Shown: piece by piece, positions 53,501 to 64,000 of the stretch
Layout: the number at the start of each line of letters is the position of its first letter
How positions within the stretch are numbered: position 1 is the stretch's first letter
NCBI GenBank assembly: GCA_964016885.1
Contig: OZ024742.1
Span: forward strand, 22,506,001 to 22,570,000
From: Eledone cirrhosa
Lineage: Eukaryota
Reading direction: 5' to 3'
DNA: 64,000 bases
Made by a program: the position numbers and the translations under genes
Notes under the pieces: generated by a model
Database searches by the model: none
Told to the model about the DNA's origin: nothing
Seen by the model: only the letters and a program-made list of their open reading frames with translations

Positions 53501-56500
53501 ACAAGTATCGCGGTATCAACTTACCAAGAGATTCCCCACTCTTCTGTCACCTTAATTCACTGAAACAGAGACACAAGTATCGCGGTATCAAATTACCAAG
53601 ATATTCCCACACTTCTGTCACCTTAACTCACTGAAACAGAGACACAAGTATCCCGGTATCAAATTACCAGGAGATTCCCCCCTCTTCTGTCACCTTAACT
53701 CAGTGAAACAGAGACACAAGTATCTCGGTATCAAATTACCAAGAGATTCCCACTCTTCTGTCACCTTAAGTCACTGAAACAGAGACATAAGTATCGCGGT
53801 ATCAAATTACCAAGAGATTCCCACTCTTCGGTCACCTTAACTCGCTGAAACAGAGACACAAGTATCGCGGTATCAAATGACCAGGAGATTCCCCCCTCTT
53901 CTGTCACCTTAATTCACTGAAACAGAGACACAAGTATCTCGGTATCAAATTACCAAGAGATTCCCCCACTCTTCTGTCACCTTAATTCACTGAAACAGAG
54001 ACACAAGTATCGCGGTATCAAATTACCAAGATATTCCCACTCTTCTGTCACCTGAACTCACTGAAACAGAGACACAAGTATCCCGGTATCAAATTACCAG
54101 GAGCTTCCCCCCTCTTCTGTCACCTTAACTCACTGAAACAGAGACACAAGTATCGCTGTATCAAATTACCAAGAGATTACCACTCTTCTGTCACCTTAAC
54201 TCACTGAAACAGAGACACAAGTATCGCGGTATCAAATTACCAAGAGATTCCCCACTCTTCTGTCACCTTGTCTCACTGAAACAGAGACACAAGTATGGCG
54301 GTATCAAATTACCAAGAGATTCCTCCCTCTTCTGTCACCTTAACTCACTGAAACAGAGACACAAGTATCGCGGTATCAAATTACCAGGAGAATCCCCCCA
54401 CTTCTGTCACCTTAACTCACTGAAACAGAGACACAATATCGCGGTAATAAATTACCAAGATATTCCCACTCTTCTGTCACCTTTACTCACTGAAACAGAG
54501 ACACAAGTATCGCGGTATCAAATTATCAAGAGATTCCCACTCTTCTGTCACCTTGACTCACTGAAACAGAGACATAAGTATCGCGGTATCAAATTACCAA
54601 GAGATTCCCACTCTTCTGTCACCTTAACTCACTGAAACAGAGACACAAGTATCGCGGTATCAAATTACCAGGAGATTCCCCCCTCTTCTGTCACCTTAAC
54701 TCACTGAAACAGAGACACAAGTATCGCGGTAATAAATTACCAAGAGATTCCCACTCTTCTGTCACCTTAACTCACTGAAACAGAGACACAAGTATCGCGG
54801 TATCAAATTACCAAGATATTCCCACTCTTCTGTCACCTTAACTCACTGAAACAGAGACACAAGTATCCCGGTATCAAATTACCAGGAGATTCCCCCCTCT
54901 TCTGTCACCTTAACTCACTGAAACAGAGACACAAGTATCGCTGTATCAAATTACCAAGAGATTACCACTCTTCTGTCACCTTAACTCACTGAAACAGAGA
55001 CACAAGTATCGCGGTATCAAATTACCAAGAGATTCCCACTCTTCTGTCACCTTAACTCACTGAAATATAGACACAAGTATCTCGGTATCAAATTACCAAG
55101 AGATTCCCACTCTTCTGTCACCTTAACTCACTGAAACAGAGACACAAGTATCGCGGTATCAAATTACCAAGAGATTCCCACTCTTCTATCACATTAACTC
55201 ACTGTAACAGAGACACAAGTATCGCGGTATCAAATTACCAGGAGATTCCCCCCTCTTCTGTCACCTTAACTCACTGAAACAGAGACACAAATATCGCGGT
55301 AATAAATTACCAAGATATTCCAACGCCCTGTCACGTTAACACACTAAAATATAGACACAAGTATCGCGGTATCAAATTACCAAGAGATTCCCCCTCTTCT
55401 GTCACCTTAACTCACTAAAACAGAGACACACGTATCGCGGTATCAAATTACCAAGAGATTCCCCCCTCTTCTGTCACCTTAATTCACTGAAACAGAGACA
55501 CAAGTATCGCGGTATCAAATTACCAAGATATTCCCACTCTTCTGTCACCTTAACTCACTGAAACAGAGACACAAGTATCCGGGTATCAAATTACCAGGAG
55601 ATTCCCCCCTCTTCTGTCACCTTAACTCACTGACACAGAGACACAAGTATCGCTGTATCAAATTACCAAGAGATTACCACACTTCTGTCACCTTAACTCA
55701 CTGAAACAGAGACACAAGTATCGCGGTATCACATTACCTAGAGATTCCCCACTCTTCTGTCACCTTAACTCAATAAAACAGAGACACAAGTATCGCGGTA
55801 TCAAATTACCAAGAGATTCCCACTCTTCTGTCACCTTAACTCACTGAAATATAGACACAAGTATCTCGGTATCAAATTACCAAGAGATTCCCACTCTTCT
55901 GTCACCTTAACTCACTGAAACAGAGACACAAGTATCGCGGTATCAAATTACCAAGAGATTCCCCACTCTTCTGTCACCTTAACTCGCTGAAACAGAGACA
56001 CAAGTATCGCGGTATCAAATTACCAAGAGATTACCACTCTTCTGTGACCTTAACTCACTGAAACAGAGACACAAGTATCGCGGTATCAAATTACCAAGAG
56101 ATTCCCACTCTTCTGTCACATTAACTCACTGAAACAGAGACACAAGTATCGCGGTATCAAATTACCAGGAGATTCCCCCCTCTTCTGTCACCTTAACTCA
56201 CTGAAACAGAGACACAAGTATCGCGGTAATAAATTACCAAGATATTCCAACGCCCTGTCACGTTAACACACTAAAATATAGACACAAGTATCGCGGTATC
56301 AAATTACCAAGAGATTCCCCCTCTTCTGTCACCTTAACTCACTAAAACAGAGACACACGTATCGCGGTATCAAATTACCAAGAGATTCCCCCCTCTTCTG
56401 TCATCTTAATTCACTGAAACAGAGACACGAGTATCGCGGTATCAAATTACCAAGATATTCCCACTCTTCTGTCATCTTAACTCACTGAAACCGAGACACA

Positions 56501-59500
56501 AGTATCCCGGTATCAAATTACCAAGAGATTCCCCACTCTTCTGTCACATTAACTCACTGAAACAGAGACACAAGTATCGCGGTATCAAATTATCAAGAGA
56601 TTCCCACGCTCTGTCACGTTAACTCACTAAAATATAGACACAAGTATCGCGGTATCAAATTACCGAGAGATTCCCCCTCTTCTGTGACCTTAACTCACTG
56701 TAACAGAGACACAAGTATCGCGGTAATAAATTACCAAGAGATTCCCACTCTTCTGTCACCTTAACTCACTGAAACAGAGACACAAGTATCTCGGTATCAA
56801 ATTACCAAGAGATTCCCACTCTTCTGTCACCTTAACTCACTGAAATATAGACACAAGTATCTCGGTATCAAATTACCAAGAGATTCCCACTCTTCTGTCA
56901 CCTTAACTCACTGAAACAGAGACACAAGTATCGCGGTATCAAATTACCAAGAGATTCCCACTCTTCTATCACATTAACTCACTGTAACAGAGACACAAGT
57001 ATCGCGGTATCAAATTACCAGGAGATTCCCCCCTCTTCTGTCACCTTAACTCACTGAAACAGAGACACGAATATCGCGGTAATAAATTACCAAGATATTC
57101 CAACGCCCTGTCACGTTAACACACTAAAATATAGACACAAGTATCGCGGTATCAAATTACCAAGAGATTCCCCCTCTTCTGTCACCTTAACTCACTAAAA
57201 CAGAGACACACGTATCGCGGTATCAAATTACCAAGAGATTCCCCCCTCTTCTGTCACCTTAATTCACTGAAACAGAGACACAAGTATCCCGGTATCAAAT
57301 TACCAGGAGCTTCCCCCCTCTTCTGTCACCTTAACTCACTGAAACAGAGACACAAGTATCGCTGTATCAAATTACCAAGAGATTACCACTCTTCTGTCAC
57401 CTTAACTCACTGAAACAGAGACACAAGTATCGCGGTATCAAATTACCAAGAGATTCCCCACTCTTCTGTCACCGTGTCTCACTGAAACAGAGACACAAGT
57501 ATGGCGGTATCAAATTACCAAGAGATTCCTCCCTCTTCTGTCACCTTAACTCACTGAAACAGAGACACAAGTATCGCGGTATCAAATTACCAAGAGATTC
57601 CCACTCTTCTGTCACCTTAACTCACTGAAATATAGTCACAAGTATCTCGGTATCAAATTACCAAGAGATTCCCACTCTTCTGTCACGTTAACTATCTAAA
57701 ATATAGACACAAGTATCGCGGTATCAAATTACCAAGAGATTCCCCACTCTTCTGTCACCGTAACTCGCTAAAACAGAGACACCAGTATCGCGGTATCAAA
57801 TTACCAAGAGATTCCCACTCTTCTGTCACATTAACTCACTGAAACAGAGACACAAGTATCGCGGTATCAAATTACCAAGAGATTCCCCCTCTTCTGTCAC
57901 CTTAACTCACTAAAACAGAGACACACGTATCGCGGTATCAAATGACCAAGAGATTCCCCCCTCTTCTCTCACCTTAATTCACTGAAACAGAGACACAAGT
58001 ATCGCGGTATCAAATTATCAAGATATTCCCACTCTTCTGTCACCTTAACTCACTGAAACAGAGACAGAAGTTTCCCGGTATCAAATTACCAGGAGATTCC
58101 CCCGTCTTCTGTCACCTTAACTCACTGAAACAGAGACACAAGTATCGCGGTATCAAATTACCAAGAGATTACCACTCTTGTGACACCTTAACTCACTGAA
58201 ACAGAGACACAAGTATCGCGGTATCAACTTACCAAGAGATTCCCCACTCTTCTGTCACCTTAATTCACTGAAACAGAGACACAAGTATCGCGGTATCAAA
58301 TTACCAAGATATTCCCACACTTCTGTCACCTTAACTCACTGAAACAGAGATACAAGTATCCCGGTATCAAATTACCAGGAGATTCCCCCCTCTTCTGTCA
58401 CCTTAACTCAGTGAAACAGAGACACAAGTATCTCGGTATCAAATTACCAAGAGATTCCCACTCTTCTGTCACCTTAAGTCACTGAAACAGAGACATAAGT
58501 ATCGCGGTATCAAATTACCAAGAGATTCCCACTCTTTGGTCACCTTAACTCGCTGAAACAGAGACACAAGTATCGCGGTATCAAATTACCAGGAGATTCC
58601 CCCCTCTTCTGTCACCTTAATTCACTGAAACAGAGACACAAGTATCTCGGTATCAAATTACCAAGAGATTCCCCCACTCTTCTGTCACCTTAATTCACTG
58701 AAACAGAGACACAAGTATCGCGGTATCAAATTACCAAGATATTCCCACTCTTCTGTCACCTGAACTCACTGAAACAGAGACACAAGTATCGCTGTATCAA
58801 ATTACCAAGAGATTACCACTCTTCTGTCACCTTAACTCACTGAAACAGAGACACAAGTATCGCGGTATCAAATTACCAAGAGATTCCCCACTCTTCTGTC
58901 ACCTTGTCTCACTGAAACAGAGACACAAGTATGGCGGTATCAAATTACCAAGAGATTCCTCCCTCTTCTGTCACCTTAACTCACTGAAACAGAGACACAA
59001 GTATCGCGGTATCAAATTACCAGGAGAATCCCCCCACTTCTGTCACCTTAACTCACTGAAACAGAGACACAATATCGCGGTAATACATTACCAAGATATT
59101 CCCACTCTTCTGTCACCTTTACTCACTGAAACAGAGACACAAGTATCGCGGTATCAAATTATCAAGAGATTCCCACTCTTCTGTCACCTTGACTCACTGA
59201 AACTGAGACATAAGTATCGCGGTATCAAATTACCAAGAGATTCCCACTCTTCTGTCACCTTAACTCACTGAAACAGAGACACAAGTATCGCGGTATCAAA
59301 TTACCAGGAGATTCCCCCCTCTTATGTCACCTTAACTCACTGAAACAGAGACACAAGTATCGCGGTAATAAATTACCAAGAGATTCCCACTCTTCTGTCA
59401 CCTTAACTCACTGAAACAGAGACGCAAGTATCGCGGTATCAAATTACCAAGATATTCCCACTCTTCTGTCACCTTAACTCACTGAAACAGAGACACAAGT

Positions 59501-62500
59501 ATCCCGGTATCAAATTACCAGGAGATTCCCCCCTCTTCTGTCACCTTAACTCACTGAAACAGAGACACAAGTATCGCTGTATCAAATTACTAAGAGATTA
59601 CCACTCTTCTGTCACCTTAACTCACTGAAACAGAGACACAAGTATCGCGGTATCAAATTACCAAGAGATTCCCACTCTACTGACACTTTAACTCACTGAA
59701 ATATAGACACAAGTATCTCGGTATCAAATTACCAAGAGATTCCCACTCTTCTGTCACCTGAACTCACTGAAACAGAGACACAAGTATCGCGGTATCAAAT
59801 TACCAAGAGATTCCCACTCTTCTATCACATTAACTCACTGTAACAGAGACACAAGTATCGCGGTATCAAATTACCAAGAGATTCCCCACTCTTCTGTCAC
59901 CTTGTCTCACTGAAACAGAGACACAAGTATGGCGGTATCAAATTACCAAGAGATTCCTCCCTCTTCTGTCACCTTAACTCACTGAAACAGAGACACAAGT
60001 ATCGCGGTATCAAATTACCAGGAGAATCCCCCCACTTCTGTCACCTTAACTCACTGAAACAGAGACACAATATCGCGGTAATACATTACCAAGATATTCC
60101 CACTCTTCTGTCACCTTTACTCACTGAAACAGAGACACAAGTATCGCGGTATCAAATTATCAAGAGATTCCCACTCTTCTGTCACCTTGACTCACTGAAA
60201 CTGAGACATAAGTATCGCGGTATCAAATTACCAAGAGATTCCCACTCTTCTGTCACCTTAACTCACTGAAACAGAGACACAAGTATCGCGGTATCAAATT
60301 ACCAGGAGATTCCCCCCTCTTATGTCACCTTAACTCACTGAAACAGAGACACAAGTATCGCGGTAATAAATTACCAAGAGATTCCCACTCTTCTGTCACC
60401 TTAACTCACTGAAACAGAGACGCAAGTATCGCGGTATCAAATTACCAAGATATTCCCACTCTTCTGTCACCTTAACTCACTGAAACAGAGACACAAGTAT
60501 CCCGGTATCAAATTACCAGGAGATTCCCCCCTCTTCTGTCACCTTAACTCACTGAAACAGAGACACAAGTATCGCTGTATCAAATTACTAAGAGATTACC
60601 ACTCTTCTGTCACCTTAACTCACTGAAACAGAAACACAAGTATCGCGGTATCAAATTACCAAGAGATTCCCACTCTACTGACACTTTAACTCACTGAAAT
60701 ATAGACACAAGTATCTCGGTATCAAATTACCAAGAGATTCCCACTCTTCTGTCACCTGAACTCACTGAAACAGAGACACAAGTATCGCGGTATCAAATTA
60801 CCAAGAGATTCCCACTCTTCTATCACATTAACTCACTGTAACAGAGACACAAGTATCGCGGTATCAAATTACCAGGAGATTCCCCCCTCTTCTGTAACCT
60901 TAACTCACTGAAACAAAGACACAAATATCGCGGTAATAAATTACCATGATATTCCAACGCCCTGTCACGTTAACACACTAAAATATAGACACAAGTATCG
61001 CGGTATCAAATTACCAAGAGATTCCCCCTCTTCTGTCACCTTAACTCACTAAAACAGAGACACACGTATCGCGGTATCAAATTACCAAGAGATTCCCCCC
61101 TCTTCTGTCACCTTAATTCACTGAAACAGAGAAACAAGTATCGCGGTATCAAATTACCACGAGATTACCACTCTTGTGTCACCTTAACTCACTGAAACAG
61201 AGACACAAGTATCGCGGTATCAACTTACCAAGAGATTCCCCAGTCTTCTGTCACCTTAATTCACTGAAACAGAGACACAAGTATCGCGGTATCAAATTAC
61301 CAAGATATTCCCACACTTCTGTCACCTTAACTCACTGAAACAGAGACACAAGTATCCCGGTATCAAATTACCAGGAGATTCCCCCCTCTTCTGTCACCTT
61401 AACTCAGTGAAACAGAGACACAAGTATCTCGGTATCAAATTACCAAGAGATTCCCACTCTTCTGTCACCTTAAGTCACTGAAACAGAGACATAAGTATCG
61501 CGGTATCAAATTACCAAGAGATTCCCACTCTTCGGTCACCTTAACTCGCTGAAACAGAGACACAAGTATCGCGGTATCAAATTACCAGGAGATTCCCCCC
61601 TCTTCTGTCACCTTAATTCACTGAAACAGAGACACAAGTATCTCGGTATCAAATTACCAAGAGATTCCCCCACTCTTCTGTCACCTTAATTCACTGAAAC
61701 AGAGACACAAGTATCGCGGTATCAAATTACCAAGATATTCCCACTCTTCTGTCACCTGAACTCACTGAAACAGAGACACAAGTATCCCGGTATCAAATTA
61801 CCAGGAGCTTCCCCCCTCTTCTGTCACCTTAACTCACTGAAACAGAGACACAAGTATCGCTGTATCAAATTACCAAGAGATTACCACTCTTCTGTCACCT
61901 TAACTCACTGAAACAGAGACACAAGTATCGCGGTATCAAATTACCAAGAGATTCCCCACTCTTCTGTCACCTTGTCTCACTGAAACAGAGACACAAGTAT
62001 GGCGGTATCAAATTACCAAGAGATTCCTCCCTCTTCTGTCACCTTAACTCACTGAAACAGAGACACAAGTATCGCGGTATCAAATTACCAGGAGAATCCC
62101 CCCACTTCTGTCACCTTAACTCACTGAAATATAGACACAAGTATCTCGGTATCAAATTACCAAGAGATTCCCACTCTTCTGTCCCCTTAACTCACTGAAA
62201 CAGAGACACAAGTATCGCGGTATCAAATTACCAAGAGATTCCCCACTCTTCTGTCACATTAACTCACTGTAACAGAGACACAAGTATCGCGGTATCAAAT
62301 TACCAGGAGATTCCCCCCTCTTCTGTCACCCTAACTCACTGAAACAGAGACACAAATATCGCGGTAATAAATTACCAAGATATTCCAACGCCCTGTCACG
62401 TTAACACACTAAAATATAGACACAAGTATCGCGGTATCAAATTACCAAGAGATTCCCCCTCTTCTGTCACCTTAACTCACTAAAACAGAGACACACGTAT

Positions 62501-64000
62501 CGCGCTATCAAATTACCAAGAGATTCCCCCCTCTTCTGTCACCTTAATTCACTGAAACAGAGACACAAGTATCGCGGTATCAAATTACCAAGATATTCCC
62601 ACTCTTCTGTCACCTTAACTCACTGAAACAGAGACACAAGTATCCGGGTATCAAATTACCAGGAGATTCCCCCCTCTTCTGTCACCTTAACTCACTGACA
62701 CAGAGACACAAGTATCGCTGTATCAAATTACCAAGAGATTACCACACTTCTGTCACCTTAACTCACTGAAACAGAGACACAAGTATCGCGGTATCACATT
62801 ACCTAGAGATTCCCCACTCTTCTGTCACCTTAACTCAATAAAACAGAGACACAAGTATCGCGGTATCAAATTACCAAGAGATTCCCACTCTTCTGTCACC
62901 TTAACTCACTGAAATATAGACACAAGTATCTCGGTATCAAATTACCAAGAGATTCCCACTCTTCTGTCACCTTAACTCACTGAAACAGAGACACAAGTAT
63001 CGCGGTATCAAATTACCAAGAGATTCCCCACTCTTCTGTCACCTTAACTCGCTGAAACAGAGACACAAGTATCGCGGTATCAAATTACCAAGAGATTACC
63101 ACTCTTCTGTCACCTTAACTCACTGAAACAGAGACACAAGTATCGCGGTATCAAATTACCAAGAGATTCCCACTCTTCTGTCACATTAACTCACTGAAAC
63201 AGAGACACAAGTATCGCGGTATCAAATTACCAGGAGATTCCCCCCTCTTCTGTCACCTTAACTCACTGAAACAGAGACACAAGTATCGCGGTAATAAATT
63301 ACCAAGATATTCCAACGCCCTGTCACGTTAACACACTAAAATATAGACACAAGTATCGCGGTATCAAATTACCAAGAGATTCCCCCACTTCTGTCACCTT
63401 AACTCACTAAAACAGAGACACACGTATCGCGGTATCAAATTACCAAGAGATTCCCCCCTCTTCTGTCATCTTAATTCACTGAAACAGAGACACGAGTATC
63501 GCGGTATCAAATTACCAAGATATTCCCACTCTTCTGTCATCTTAACTCACTGAAACAGAGACACAAGTATCCCGGTATCAAATTACCAAGAGATTCCCCA
63601 CTCTTCTGTCACATTAACTCACTGAAACAGAGACACAAGTATCGCGGTATCAAATTATCAAGAGATTCCCACGCTCTGTCACGTTAACTCACTAAAATAT
63701 AGACACAAGTATCGCGGTATCAAATTACCAAGAGATTCCCCCTCTTCTGTCACCTTAACTCTCTAAAACAGAGACACCAGTATCGCGGTATCAAATTACC
63801 AAGAGATTCCCACTCTTCTGTCACATTAACTCACTGAAACAGAGACACAAGTATCGCGGTATCAAATTATCAAGAGATTCCCACGCTCTGTCACGTTAAC
63901 TCACTAAAATATAGACACAAGTATCGCGGTATCAAATTACCGAGAGATTCCCCCTCTTCTGTCACCTTAACTCACTGTAACAGAGACACAAGTATCGCGG
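38544..64000. repeat. ~71-bp satellite DNA array (~355 copies, runs off the window end)
   Basis: Consensus CTCTTCTGTCACCTTAACTCACTGAAACAGAGACACAAGTATCGCGGTATCAAATTACCAAGAGATTCCCA. Unit length is 70-73 bp because of a variable C-run; no interruptions seen. Confidence 0.98.

Noticed and set aside
38544-64000. CRISPR array
   Set aside because: No unique spacers (the whole 71-bp unit repeats), no cas genes, eukaryotic context.
38544-64000. Ribozyme-bearing or protein-coding satellite
   Set aside because: No CTGAnGA core on either strand (only CTGAAAC), and the ORF track lists nothing in the array.

Overview
This is AT-rich eukaryotic (animal) DNA made almost entirely of repeats. The dense (TA)n/(CA)n/(TATG)n microsatellites and the tRNA-derived SINE families suggest a cephalopod (octopus-like) genome; that is an inference, not a database result. 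No host protein-coding gene can be supported, and nearly all long ORFs in the track are microsatellite read-through. Positions 1-38.5 kb are a retroelement graveyard. They hold a near-intact Ty3/Gypsy (Mag-like) LTR element with both LTRs, PBS, PPT and a 5-bp TSD (20312-25285, minus), two truncated Penelope-like elements (Neptune-like GIY-YIG fragment; Naiad-like RT+GIY-YIG), an R4/Dong-like RLE non-LTR fragment embedded in (TATG)n, CR1/L2-like APE and RT relics, RTE-like 3' ends, about a dozen SINEs and a Tc1/mariner-type MITE. The main hidden signal is at least 9 type-I hammerhead ribozyme motifs from several Penelope-type pseudo-LTR families. Some are intact, one family has an unusual U.U pair closing stem II, and several sit inside long palindromes whose axes or junctions coincide with ribozyme stems. 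Positions 38544-64000 are a ~71-bp satellite (~355 copies) with higher-order duplications. It starts abruptly inside a SINE, and its monomer has a loosely tRNA-like hairpin layout.
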